From Desulfatiglandales bacterium (GTDB lineage Bacteria > Desulfobacterota > DSM-4660 > Desulfatiglandales > HGW-15), in NCBI GenBank assembly GCA_963667015.2, contig CAXXJJ010000001.1:1632001-1696000 (forward strand): DNA of 64,000 nt. Direction: 5' to 3'. A program made the translations under genes and the position numbers. Below, piece after piece: positions 51,887 through 62,800 of this stretch. The stretch's first letter is position 1. Every line of letters begins with the position of its first letter. The notes below the pieces were generated by a model. That model searched no databases. It had not been told where the DNA came from and was given only the letters and a program-made list of their open reading frames with translations.

Positions 51887-52723
51887 ATGAGAAAAATAGT
51901 CGGTATCAGATTGAGACAAAACGGTAAGATATATAACTTCGATTCCGGTCACTTTGTATTAAAAAAGGGTGACATGGTGGTTGTGAATACAGAACAGGGA
52001 AAGGCAATGGGAGTTGTTGCGCTTGAGCCTAAACAGCAGGAAGAGAGCGAAACTGAGAGGGCGTTGAAAACCGTCCACAGGGTAGCGACCGAAGAAGATA
52101 TTAAAACGAATGAAAAAAACCGTGAAATGGAAAAGGTGGTATATTCATTCTGTTATGAAAAAATCCAGGAGCGTGCTTTGCCCATGTGCCTGGTTACTGC
52201 CGAGCAGATGTTTGATGGCAGTAAGGTTGTGGTCTACTTTTCAGCAGAAGGCCGGGTCGATTTTAGAGAACTTGTAAAGGATCTTGTTCAGAAATTTCAT
52301 ACACGGATCGAGATGCGCCAGATAGGTGTACGTCATCAGTCCAAAATGGTTGGTGGTTTAGGGCCCTGCGGAAGGGAGCTCTGCTGTTCTTCCTTTCTGA
52401 ATAAATTTGACCCTGTTTCCATCAAGATGGCAAAGAAACAGAACCTTTCGTTAAATCCCACAAAGATTTCCGGTATGTGTGGAAGGCTGATGTGCTGCCT
52501 TTCCTATGAGTATGATTTTTATAACAAAATAACAAAAAGCATTCCCAAGATTGGAAAAAATGTTCAAACAAAAAATGGAAGCGGGAAAGTAATACGGAAT
52601 AATGTCTTAAAAGAAACAGTCACTGTTCTTCTGGAATCGAATGAGGAAATTGATGTGGGATATGACGAAATTATAAAGGAAAAAAAGAATATAAATGAAG
52701 GTAAAAAAGTAAAAGGACAGTAA
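51887..52723 (+). CDS. ricT: PSP1-domain protein (YaaT/RicT family)
   Basis: RVDFRELV, RIEMRQIG, CGRELCC, CGRLMCCL. Confidence 0.9.
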   Translation: MRKIVGIRLRQNGKIYNFDSGHFVLKKGDMVVVNTEQGKAMGVVALEPKQQEESETERALKTVHRVATEEDIKTNEKNREMEKVVYSFCYEKIQERALPMCLVTAEQMFDGSKVVVYFSAEGRVDFRELVKDLVQKFHTRIEMRQIGVRHQSKMVGGLGPCGRELCCSSFLNKFDPVSIKMAKKQNLSLNPTKISGMCGRLMCCLSYEYDFYNKITKSIPKIGKNVQTKNGSGKVIRNNVLKETVTVLLESNEEIDVGYDEIIKEKKNINEGKKVKGQ

Positions 52724-53043
52724 TAACAGCTAGATATATTAATGTTTTACAGTTTCATTAAGTCGTTTGGAATGCCTTGAAAAGATGTTTAAGAATGTTT
52801 GGTCCCAGTATTTAAAGTTAAGTAAGAATTTAATTCATTCAGTAAATTTATTATGAAAAGGGTAAATGTTTTTTATCTTATTTTTACTTGACAATTGATT
52901 AGGCTTATGGCCTATTATAGGGTTATGTTTGTGGCCCGGCTCTTATCGCGGGTCGGTTTCATCGGTTTATTTTATTTTGCCGGAGTAGCGACCTGAAGAT
53001 TTTGAGCGTAATGGTAACCATTTTTTTAATGGAGGTCTAAGCT

Positions 53044-53247
53044 TTGGCAGAAGGGACAGTTAAGTGGTTTAGTGACAAAAAAGGGTATGGCTTCATTGCA
53101 CAGGAAGAAACTGGTCAGGACATTTTCGTTCATTACTCATCCATTGAGATGGACGGCTTCAAGACCCTGGCAGAAGGACAGCAGGTCATTTTTGAGGTGG
53201 AAGATGGCGAAAGAGGTCCGGTAGCAAAGAACGTCAAAAAAAATTAA
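53044..53247 (+). CDS. Cold-shock protein
   Basis: GTVKWF..KGYGFI, DIFVHYS; TTG start with GGAGG RBS. Confidence 0.95.
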   Translation: MAEGTVKWFSDKKGYGFIAQEETGQDIFVHYSSIEMDGFKTLAEGQQVIFEVEDGERGPVAKNVKKN

Positions 53248-53263
53248 TTCTTACTTAGTTTTT

Positions 53264-53302
53264 AAAGGGCACCTTGCATGACCTCGCAGGGTGCCTTTTT
53301 TT
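53264..53302 (+). terminator. Rho-independent terminator
   Basis: GGCACCTTGC...GCAGGGTGCC followed by a T-run. Confidence 0.8.
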
Positions 53303-53309
53303 ATTTTCT

Positions 53310-54080
53310 ATGAAAATCACAACATTCAATACAAATTCAATAAGGGCAAGGCTCCCGATAATCAAAAACTGGCTTTTAGAAGAACAGCCGGATATTCTGG
53401 CGTTACAGGAAACCAAGGTTCAGGATAAGGATTTCCCGTTTGATGATTTTGAAGAGCTTGGTTACCAGGCGATTATTCGCGGACAAAAATCATATAATGG
53501 CGTGGCTGTTATTACCAATCATGAGCCCGGCAATATAAGAAAAGATCTATATAAAGAGGGAGATGAACAGGCAAGGTTTTTGAGTGCTGATTTTTCAGGT
53601 ATTACAGTTATTAACATATATGTTCCCCAGGGGTTTGCTCCGGGAACAGACAAGTTTGAATACAAGCTTACCTGGCTTAATGATCTGCTTAAATATATTC
53701 AAGGTAACTACTCTCCCCAAGATCCTCTCATTCTTCTTGGTGATTTTAATGTAGCAATGGATGACAGGGATGTTTATGATCCCGATGGTTTAAAAGGAAG
53801 TGCCGGTTTTCATCCTGATGAACAGGAAATATTGGGAAGATTCTTTGAATGGGGACTTGTGGATATTTTCAGAAAATATAATCAGGAGAAAGAGCAATAC
53901 ACATTCTGGGACTACAGGATTCCAAACGCCCTTAAACGGAACAGAGGCTGGAGAATAGATTATATAGCTGCTACCAGGCCACTTGCTGAAAAATCATCTT
54001 CCATAACAGTTGATTTGAAGCCCAGGACACTTGAAAAACCATCTGATCACACATTCCTAGTGGCGGAGTTTGATATTTAG
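53310..54080 (+). CDS. xth: Exodeoxyribonuclease III
   Basis: LQETK, YNGVA, GDFN, RIDY, SDH motifs. Confidence 0.93.
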   Translation: MKITTFNTNSIRARLPIIKNWLLEEQPDILALQETKVQDKDFPFDDFEELGYQAIIRGQKSYNGVAVITNHEPGNIRKDLYKEGDEQARFLSADFSGITVINIYVPQGFAPGTDKFEYKLTWLNDLLKYIQGNYSPQDPLILLGDFNVAMDDRDVYDPDGLKGSAGFHPDEQEILGRFFEWGLVDIFRKYNQEKEQYTFWDYRIPNALKRNRGWRIDYIAATRPLAEKSSSITVDLKPRTLEKPSDHTFLVAEFDI

Positions 54081-54158
54081 ATAGCGTTTAATCAGAAATA
54101 TGCAATTTCTGGATAAAACTTTCAGCGATCAACTGAGTCTTTTATTTTAATTTTTAAA

Positions 54159-54190
54159 GCTGACAGCTGAACGCTGATTGCTGAAAGCTG
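54159..54190. repeat. Heptamer tandem repeat (GCTGANN)n between convergent genes
   Basis: GCTGACA GCTGAAC GCTGATT GCTGAAA GCTG. Confidence 0.6.
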
Positions 54191-54196
54191 CTTTTC

Positions 54197-54907
54197 TCAA
54201 ATACTGCGGCTGAAGGTGAACCTGTGTTCTTCCCCATCGACAGAAATAACAGCATTGAATTCACCTTCCGCTTTCTCATCTATGTCCTTAATATCGTATA
54301 TTATCAGGCCGGTTACAGTGCTGCCGGGCATTATGGTCTGCGGTTTAAAAACAAGAGGCGGAACAATTCCTTCGAACTGCTCATAGACTCTAATAGTCCC
54401 TTCAAGGTTCTCTACGGAGGATAAAAATTGGGTTATCCACGTTTTTGCTATGCCTTCAGCAGCCTCTGGTTGTATCATCTGCGCCTCTTCAATTCTGTCG
54501 GCTGTACGTCCTATGTTTGAGAATATGCGGGATACTATTCTGCCTCCGGCATTAAAATAGTCATTTTCCAGGTCTTTCATAAAATCCTCAAGAGGTTGAA
54601 TTTCAAGTTTTATTGGAGCAGAAGCTTCATCCTTTTTCCTGAATTCCATGGATATATTCTCATTACTTATGCTGAGAGGTTCTTTGCCCCTGTTTTGTAC
54701 AAGAAGGTTGAATATAATTTTATCCTCTATATATTTGAACTCCGTATAGTGAGTAAGAGTTACCGTGTGTTTTTTCTCGGATATTACAGCGCCATCGTAA
54801 TCCACCTTTTGCATTAAAGATGGCTTTGCGACAGTCTTGATTTTGCCTGCACAGCTTTGAAGCAGTACAACTGATAAAAAAAGCATTAAGTACAATTTTA
54901 TTTTCAT
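54197..54907 (-). CDS. Lipoprotein of unknown function, array copy 1
   Basis: Lipobox LQSC; paralog of 58825-59745 and 63613-64000. Confidence 0.85.
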   Translation of the reverse strand: MKIKLYLMLFLSVVLLQSCAGKIKTVAKPSLMQKVDYDGAVISEKKHTVTLTHYTEFKYIEDKIIFNLLVQNRGKEPLSISNENISMEFRKKDEASAPIKLEIQPLEDFMKDLENDYFNAGGRIVSRIFSNIGRTADRIEEAQMIQPEAAEGIAKTWITQFLSSVENLEGTIRVYEQFEGIVPPLVFKPQTIMPGSTVTGLIIYDIKDIDEKAEGEFNAVISVDGEEHRFTFSRSI

Positions 54908-54919
54908 TTCAATCCCCTG

Positions 54920-57900
54920 TTATTGCTCTGTGCCTATACTCTCCAGTACCCCTACTATATCCTTCCACCCGTTCCTTTCTGCGAGGGTGAGGGCTGTATA
55001 TGGTGTATCATTAACATCTGCTACAGCGTTTATGTCTGAACCCCATTCGCAAAGGTATTTTACTATTTCACTGTGGCCGTTCTGGGCTGCTGCCATAAGA
55101 GCAATAGACCCGTCCATTGCCTTGATGTCAGTCTCTGCCCCGTTTTCTACAAGAAACTTTACAACACCCGTATGCCCGTTCTGGGCTGCCATCCATAGAC
55201 CTGTTCTTCCGTCATCCCTTTTAGGGTTCAGGTAAGCGCCCTTTTCAACAAGGAGTGAAACCACATCCATATGTCCTTCCTGGGCAGCTATCCAGAGGGC
55301 TGTCACACCATCTTTTGCTCTCTTGTTGACCAGTGCTCCTTTTTCAATAAGGATATCCACTACCTCACGATTACCTATTTCTGATGCAACCATCAGGATA
55401 GTCGCACCGTTTTTCTTGTTACGCACTACAACTTCGGCTCCGTTTTCCAGGAGGTATCTTAAGATAGGCCCGTGACTCCCTATAAGAGAATTCCACAATG
55501 CAGTTGTACCGTCCTTGGCCTTTGCATTTATGTCAGCCCCTTTTTGCACAAGGAATCTTACAAGGTCCAGGTCCCCCTGGTTTACGGCCAGCATCAGGGC
55601 TGTGGTTCCGTCATACAGCTCTGCATTTATATTTGCGCCATGCTCTATAAGAAGTCTGGCTATGTCCATGTGTCTATTTTCCAGCGCCCAGATAAGAGCG
55701 GTTATACCATGGAGTGTTTTAACATTGACCCGTGCGCCTCTACTCAGAAGACTTTTGACAAGATTGGTCATGCCATGCTTTGATGCCATCATGAGCGGTG
55801 TTTCATTTAGAGAATTTGATACACCGTTTATGTCAGCCCCTTTGTCACAAAGATACGTTGCAACATCTTCATGGCCGTTGTTTAATGCCAGCCAGAATGC
55901 TGTTACTACATGTTTTATAGAAGTAGATTCTAAGTAATTTTTGGGCGCTCCTCCTTCGATTATGGGGGTATCTATTCTGGCATTGTTTTCTACAAGAAGT
56001 TTTACAATTTCAAAATGTCCGTTCTCTGCAGCAGCCGCGAGAGGCGTCATATTCTCGGATTCTGAAGCATGATTTACCTCTGCGTCATTTTCTATCAGCA
56101 GCTTTACAATATCTGTATGCCCGTTTTGTGCGGCTATCCAGATGGGGGCGGTGAAGTCATTATCCTTTTTATTTACGTTTGCATTATTTTTTATCAGAAG
56201 CTCAGCAATATCAGTATGCCCGTTCTGGGCCGCAGCCCATAGAGCAGTTGTTCCATTTGAGCCTCTTGAATTTACCCTTGCATGGTTTTCAATAAGGAGT
56301 TTTACAACATCGGTGTGACCATTGAGTGATGCTATCCACAGGGCAGCGCCGGATCCCAGTACGGTCATTACTTCGTTTTCTTTTTTATCCAGGAAGTTGC
56401 CGATCTTTAACCATGCCTCCATTACAAACAGTAACAGTGGGTCGAATTCGCGTAAAGGACGGACAATTATTTTCAAATCATCTTCCTCTATTGCGAAATA
56501 CCTCATCTGCAGCCGGGAGATTGTTCTATTACGGAGCTCAAACCTCTCTTCTTCAGGGGTCTTTTCTCTTTCCATACCATCCAGTGTTAACTGATCATCT
56601 GCGCCTTCCCTGTTTTTAACGTTGGCCTTTGCCCCGTTTTCCAGAAGTATCTTTACAATGTCGGCGTACCCGTTTTGAGCGGCTATCCAGAGGGCTGAAC
56701 CTCCGTTAAATTTGTTTTTCTTTCTTACATCAGCGCCTTTTAAAATTAGAAATTCAACAATATCCCTGTGCCCTCCCTGGGATGCAAGCATAAGAGCAGT
56801 GGCACCGTCTGTTTTTCTTCTGCTGTTTACATCAACCCCTTTTTCTGTTAAATGTTTTACGACGTCAAGATGTCCCTTTTTACTTGCCCACATCAGGGCT
56901 GCAACACTATCAATATTATCAAGGTTTGATTCTCCGAAATATTCAAGAAGCTGTTCCTTAAGGGGGCGGTCAGCAATCTTTCGAGATTTTTGGTCTGATT
57001 TTAAAGAAGAGAGAGATTTCTTTTTATCAGGCAAGTTAAAGGTGATGGAATTTATATCAAAGAGTGAAGGGTCAATCGATCGGAATGAATCAGTATCCTG
57101 CAGGGTTTCGATTACTGCAACCGAAGAAATACGACGGTTTAGAAAATTGTCGGCCTGTATTGCTCCGCCAATAATCCCTCTGACGATTTTGACCGGTTTT
57201 GTCCGGTCTATTGTAGTTCCATCGCCTAACTGTCCCAGATAATTTGAGCCTGTCATCTGAAGACTGCTGTCGCTTTTTACAAAAACAGTGTGGGAGCCTC
57301 CGGCTGATATCTGGATTACATTATCGGAAATCCGTGCCGGGGTATTCTGTATCTCGGGAAGACCGCCACCAAGCTGTCCGGAAAAATTTGCACCCATACC
57401 CCACAGCGTGCCATCGCTTTTTAAAAACAGGCTGTGATTGAATCCTCCTGCAATCTGAACTATTCCTGCGGCTATCCCAACAGGTGTTTTCAGGTCTGCT
57501 GTTGTTCCGTTACCAAGCTGGCCATACCTGTTAAAACCCATCCCCCAGAGAATGCCATATTTTCCTAAAAACAGGGTGAAAGAATTTCCCGCTGACACGC
57601 GAACAACACCTGTTGCTATCGAACCGGGAATATTAGTTTTTCCGCCAAAATTGTCCCCAAGCTGGCCGGAATAATTTGCGCCCATGCCCCACAGGCTTCC
57701 ATCCTTTTTTATGAAAAGGCTGTGAGCGCTTCCTGCAGCTATTTGTGTAACATTATTATCAATGAGTACTGGTTTGTTTTTATTGATAAATGTTCCGTCT
57801 CCGAGCTGGCCGTCTTCATTCCAGCCCATTCCCCATAAACTTCCATCATTTTTAATAAACAGGCTGTGAAAAACGCCTGCTGTAACCTGTATTACACCGG

Positions 57901-58357
57901 AAGCAACCAGCACGGGTTTATTCCTGCTTATATTTGTACCGTCTCCAAGCTGACCATATTTGTTGTATCCCATGGCCCAGAGGGTACCATCCTTTTTTAA
58001 AAACAGACTGTGGGCATTACCTGCAGCAGCCTGTACTGCATCGGAAGCCACCTTTGCGGGCGTGCTTCGTGTATCAGTTGTACCGTCGCCAAGCTGCCCT
58101 TTATTGTTATAGCCCACGCTCCAGAGGGTGCCGTCTTTTTTGATATAGAGAGTGTGATACAGTCCTGCATCTATTCCGGTGGGGAGGGCTTTAAGCATGC
58201 CCTGGTCATCAAGCTGCTTTTCAGAGCCTCTACTCTTAGCTGCTTCTGTGTCGTTTACTGAAATAACAGTTGGGAGCAAAGAGAAAATCAAAAAGATGAA
58301 TAATAATGCAGCATGCCTCATAAAAGGAAATTTTACCGTACCCTGTCTGACGATCAT
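54920..58357 (-). CDS. Secreted protein with 7 RCC1/BLIP-II repeats and about 17 ankyrin repeats, copy 1
   Basis: Seven G..H(S/T)LF...DG.LW.MG.N..GQLG units; ALxxAAxNG...VK.LI..GA repeats; hydrophobic N-terminus. Confidence 0.92.
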   Translation of the reverse strand: MIVRQGTVKFPFMRHAALLFIFLIFSLLPTVISVNDTEAAKSRGSEKQLDDQGMLKALPTGIDAGLYHTLYIKKDGTLWSVGYNNKGQLGDGTTDTRSTPAKVASDAVQAAAGNAHSLFLKKDGTLWAMGYNKYGQLGDGTNISRNKPVLVASGVIQVTAGVFHSLFIKNDGSLWGMGWNEDGQLGDGTFINKNKPVLIDNNVTQIAAGSAHSLFIKKDGSLWGMGANYSGQLGDNFGGKTNIPGSIATGVVRVSAGNSFTLFLGKYGILWGMGFNRYGQLGNGTTADLKTPVGIAAGIVQIAGGFNHSLFLKSDGTLWGMGANFSGQLGGGLPEIQNTPARISDNVIQISAGGSHTVFVKSDSSLQMTGSNYLGQLGDGTTIDRTKPVKIVRGIIGGAIQADNFLNRRISSVAVIETLQDTDSFRSIDPSLFDINSITFNLPDKKKSLSSLKSDQKSRKIADRPLKEQLLEYFGESNLDNIDSVAALMWASKKGHLDVVKHLTEKGVDVNSRRKTDGATALMLASQGGHRDIVEFLILKGADVRKKNKFNGGSALWIAAQNGYADIVKILLENGAKANVKNREGADDQLTLDGMEREKTPEEERFELRNRTISRLQMRYFAIEEDDLKIIVRPLREFDPLLLFVMEAWLKIGNFLDKKENEVMTVLGSGAALWIASLNGHTDVVKLLIENHARVNSRGSNGTTALWAAAQNGHTDIAELLIKNNANVNKKDNDFTAPIWIAAQNGHTDIVKLLIENDAEVNHASESENMTPLAAAAENGHFEIVKLLVENNARIDTPIIEGGAPKNYLESTSIKHVVTAFWLALNNGHEDVATYLCDKGADINGVSNSLNETPLMMASKHGMTNLVKSLLSRGARVNVKTLHGITALIWALENRHMDIARLLIEHGANINAELYDGTTALMLAVNQGDLDLVRFLVQKGADINAKAKDGTTALWNSLIGSHGPILRYLLENGAEVVVRNKKNGATILMVASEIGNREVVDILIEKGALVNKRAKDGVTALWIAAQEGHMDVVSLLVEKGAYLNPKRDDGRTGLWMAAQNGHTGVVKFLVENGAETDIKAMDGSIALMAAAQNGHSEIVKYLCEWGSDINAVADVNDTPYTALTLAERNGWKDIVGVLESIGTEQ

Positions 58358-58640
58358 TTTGCTGGCTCCTCACAGTATCTTTCTGAAAATTGGTCTAGCC
58401 ATTAACAGCAGTTACTCCTCTCTTTAATAAAACGAGATATCCTTCTCTGCTGCTAAAATTGAAACAAAAACGATACCCGGAAAATAAAGGGGAGTTATGT
58501 TATTGTATAACGTCAAGTGATAAAAATTATGCCTGTGCTACAGTAATGCGGGTTTGGAGTGATACGGATAATTATTTTGATCTTATTTCAGCGTGTGGTT
58601 TTAATGCCATCATTAAAGACTTATTTTTTTGTGGTAAGAC
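58358..58640. repeat. Duplicated upstream/promoter region of the RCC1-ankyrin unit
   Basis: Aligns with about 63199-63482 (GGCTCCTCACAGTATCTTT...TTCTCTGCTGC.AAAATTGAAACAAAAA...GGGTTTGGAGTGATAC). Confidence 0.85.
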
Positions 58641-58824
58641 TTTCTTGTCCTTTTTTCATAAATTAAAATAATATATTTGTTAAAGAAAAATCAAGACATT
58701 CATGATTAAAATCAATATAAAAAAATGCCAATTTATTCAGTAGCAAGAAATGGTTCCCCGATTTCCCGGGTATGACAGATGAAGGTTTATCGCTAAAAGT
58801 TACTGCTTATTTAATTTGCTTTTC

Positions 58825-59745
58825 TCACCTGCTCCGGCTGAACTTAAACCTGTGTTCCTCCCCATCAATCGAAATAACAGCATTGAATTCACCTTCCGCT
58901 TTCTCATCTATATCCTCAATGTCATATATTATCAGGCCGGTTACAGTGCTGCCGGGCGTTACCTCCTGCGGTTTAAAGACAAGGGGTGGAACAATTACCC
59001 GGAACTGCTCATAGATTCTTATTGTTTCTTCAAGGTCGTCTATTCTAATATCAAACCTGGCGTTAAAATTTTTTGCTATATTCTTGAGCTGATCTATTCG
59101 CATCGCCTCGTTACCCGATTGACCCTGATCAGACCCTTTAGGCTTACTTCTCAAATAAGCCTTATAAGCCTTATCAGCCAAATAAGCCTTATCAGCCTTA
59201 TCAGACTTGCCAGGTTTATAATTCTTGCGAGCCTTATTAATCATCCGATCAATCTGATTCTGATACGATTGTTTCGGTTTTTTCCCACTATTCGAATTAT
59301 TTGAATTTATTTGAGCTTTTATTTTATGTATTAAGTTCAATGTACTTTCTATGTCATCGAATATGCGGTATATTATCCTGGTTTCTGCATCAAAATAATC
59401 ATTCTCAAGATCTATCATAAAATCATCAAGAGGTTGAATTTCCAAATTTATTGGGGCTAAATCTTCGTTTTTATTTTTAAACTGCACTGTAATATTCTCA
59501 TTGCTTACTTTAAAAGAATCCTGTCCCCTGTTTTTTATAATAAGATTGAAGATTATTTTTTCTTTTATGTGTTTGAACTCCGTGTAGTTGGCAAGATTTA
59601 CCGAGTGTTTTTTATCAGAAATGACCATGCCGTCATAATCCACCTTTTGCATTAAAGAAGGCGCTGCGACTGTCTTTATTTTGCCTGCGCAGCCTTGAAG
59701 CAGTATCACTGTAAAAAAAAGCATTAAGTAAAATTTTATTTTCAT
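58825..59745 (-). CDS. Lipoprotein of unknown function, array copy 2 (longer central insert)
   Basis: Lipobox LQGC; termini shared with copy 1. Confidence 0.85.
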   Translation of the reverse strand: MKIKFYLMLFFTVILLQGCAGKIKTVAAPSLMQKVDYDGMVISDKKHSVNLANYTEFKHIKEKIIFNLIIKNRGQDSFKVSNENITVQFKNKNEDLAPINLEIQPLDDFMIDLENDYFDAETRIIYRIFDDIESTLNLIHKIKAQINSNNSNSGKKPKQSYQNQIDRMINKARKNYKPGKSDKADKAYLADKAYKAYLRSKPKGSDQGQSGNEAMRIDQLKNIAKNFNARFDIRIDDLEETIRIYEQFRVIVPPLVFKPQEVTPGSTVTGLIIYDIEDIDEKAEGEFNAVISIDGEEHRFKFSRSR

Positions 59746-59817
59746 TTCAGTCCTCTGGTTTTATTTAATATATCGATTGCCATGTTAACGAATGTTTTTA
59801 ATATGATTTAAGCCATG

Positions 59818-62800
59818 TTACTGCTCAGTGACCATACTCTCTAGTATCCCCGAGACATCCCTCCACCCGTTTCTTTCAGCAAGGGCGAGGGCTGTATATG
59901 ACGTGTCTTCAATAATTGCTTCCGTATTCATGTCCGATCCCCACTCGCAAAGGTATTTTACTATTTCACTGTGACCGTTCTGTGCTGCAGCCATAAGCGC
60001 GATAGATCCGTCTTCCGCTTTGATGTCAGTCACTGCTCCCTTTTCTGCAAGATATTTTACAATGCCTGTATGCCCGTTCTGTGCCGCCATCCATAGAGCT
60101 GTTCTCCCGTCATCCCTTTTCGGGTCCAGTTCTGCGCCCTTTTCAACAAGGAGCTTAACCACATCCAAATGACCTTCCTGGGAAGCTATCCAGAGAGCAG
60201 TTATACCGTCTTTTGCTCTCTGGTTAACCAGGGAGCCTTTTTCAATAAGGATATCCACTACCTCACGGTTGCCTATTTCAGCTGCAACCATAAGGATAGT
60301 CGCTCCGTTAATCTTGTTGAGCACTACAACTTCAGCCCCGTTTTCGATAAGATATCTTAATATAGGCCCGTGACTCCCTATAAGAGCGTTCCACAATGCA
60401 GTTGTACCGTCCTTTGCCTTTACATTTATGTCTGCCCCTTTTTGCACCAGGAATCTTACAAAATCAAGGTCCCCCCGGTTTACGGCCAGCATCAGGGCTG
60501 TGGTTCCGTCATACAGCTTTGCATTTACATTTGCACCATGATCTATAAGAAGTCTGACAATCTCCATATGCCTTTCTTCAAGCGCCCAGATAAGAGCTGT
60601 TATGCCATGGAGTGTTTTAACATTGACCCGGGCGCCTCTATCCAGAAGGCTTTTGACAAGACGGGTCATTCCATGCTTTGAGGCCATCATGAGTGGTGTA
60701 TGCCGAAGTTCATCTGAAATACCCTTTATAGCGGCTCCTTTATCACAAAGATAGGTTGCAACATCTTCATGACCATTTTCCAATGCCATCCAAAATGCTG
60801 TTTCATTACGGGTTGTTGGAATGTCCATCCTGGCATTGTTTTCTACAAGGAGTTTGACAATTTCAAAGTGTCCTTTTTGGGCAGCAGCAGCCAGTGGAGT
60901 TATTCTTTCGGCTTTTGAAAAAGCATTTACATCTGCATCATTTTCTATAAGCAGCTTTACAATATCAGTATGTCCGTTTTTAGCTGCTATCCGGATAGGA
61001 GTACTAAAATTACGATCCTTAATATTAATTTTTGCGTTATTCTTTATCAGGAGCTCAGCAATATCCCTGTGCCCATTCTGTGCAGCAACCCACAGAGCAG
61101 TTGTTCCATTGGAGCCTCTTGAATTTACCCTTGCATGGTTCTCAATAAGGAGTTTTACAACATCCGTGTGGCCATTGAATGATGCTATCCACAGGGCAGC
61201 GCCTGACCTCATAACAGTTATTACTTCATACTCTTTTTGAGCCAGAAATTCGCCGACTTTGTCCCATTTTAACATCATTGGACTTTCATTGGGATTAATG
61301 ATGTCTCCTTCAGCATACCCGGCAATTTCTTTTAATCCCTCTTTAAGTATTATATGCTTCTGCTGCATACCGGCGATTTTTTTTACACGAAGCTCAAATC
61401 TTTCTTCCTCCGGAGTCTTTTCTCTCTCAATATCTTCCAGTGTTATCTCTTCATTTGCGCCTTCCCTGTTTTTAACGTTGGCTTTTGCCCCATTTTTTAA
61501 AAGTATTTCTACAATGTCAGCATGTCCGTTCTGGGCGGCGAGCCAGAGGGCAGAACCTCCGTTAAACCTGTTTTTCTTTTTTACATCAGCGCCTTTTGAA
61601 ATAAGAAATTCGACAATATCCCTGTGCCCCCCCTGGGATGCGAGCATAAGAGCCGTGACTCTGTCTGTTTTTCTTCTGCTGTTTATATTAACACCCTTTG
61701 CTGTTAGCTGTTTTACGATATCAAGGTGTCCATTATTACAGGCCCACATCAGGGCTGCAACACTGTCAATATTTTCAATATCTGATTCTCCAAAATATTC
61801 AAAAAGCTGATCCTTAAGGGGGCGGTCATCTGCCTTTGAAGTGGGAGTTTGAGCTGGTTTTAAAGATGAGGGGGATTCTTTTTTATCAGGAAATTTAAAG
61901 TTGATGGAGTTTATATCAAATGGTGAAATGGCATCAGACTGTGGGGGTTTGATTTCGGCATCAGGATAAATATGACGGTCCAGAAAATCATCGATCTGCT
62001 TTGTTCCGCCGATTATTTTGCCGGCTACCTTTACCGGCCTTGAACGATCTGTAGTGGTTCCGTCACCTAACTGACCAAGATAGTTGGAACCGACTACCCA
62101 TATGCTGCTGTCACTTTTTACAAAAACAGAGTGGGAGCCTCCGGCTGATATCTGTGTTACATTATCTGAAATTCGTGCCGGTTTATTTTGTATCTCGGGA
62201 AGACCGCCGCCAAGCTGTCCGGAAAAATTTGCGCCCATTCCCCACAGAGTCCCGTTGCTTTTTAAAAACAGGCTGTGATTAAGGCCTCCTGCTATCTGAA
62301 CTACTCCTGCAGCTATCCGAACTGGTGTTTTCAGGTCTGCTGTTGTTCCGTTACCAAGCTGGCCATACCTGTTAAAACCCATACCCCAGAGAATGCCGTC
62401 TTTTCCTAAAAACAGGGTGAAAGAATTTCCCGCTGACACGCGAACAACACCTGTTGCTATTGAACCTGGAATATTAGTTTTACTTCTAAAATTACTCCCA
62501 AGCTGTCCGGAAAAATTTGTGCCCATTCCCCACAGGCTTCCATCCTTTTTAATGAACAGGCTATGAGCGCTTCCGGCAGATATTTGTGAAACTTTATTAT
62601 CAATAAGTATGGGCCTGTTTTTGTTTGTGAATGTTCCATCTCCGAGCTGGCCGTCTTCATTCCGGCCCATGCCCCATAAACTTCCATCCTTTTTGATAAA
62701 CAGGCTGTGAAATACTCCTGCAGTTACCTGCGCTACATCAGAGGCGATCTGAACAGGTTTATTCCTGTTAAAAAATGTACCGTCACCAAGCTGACCGTAC

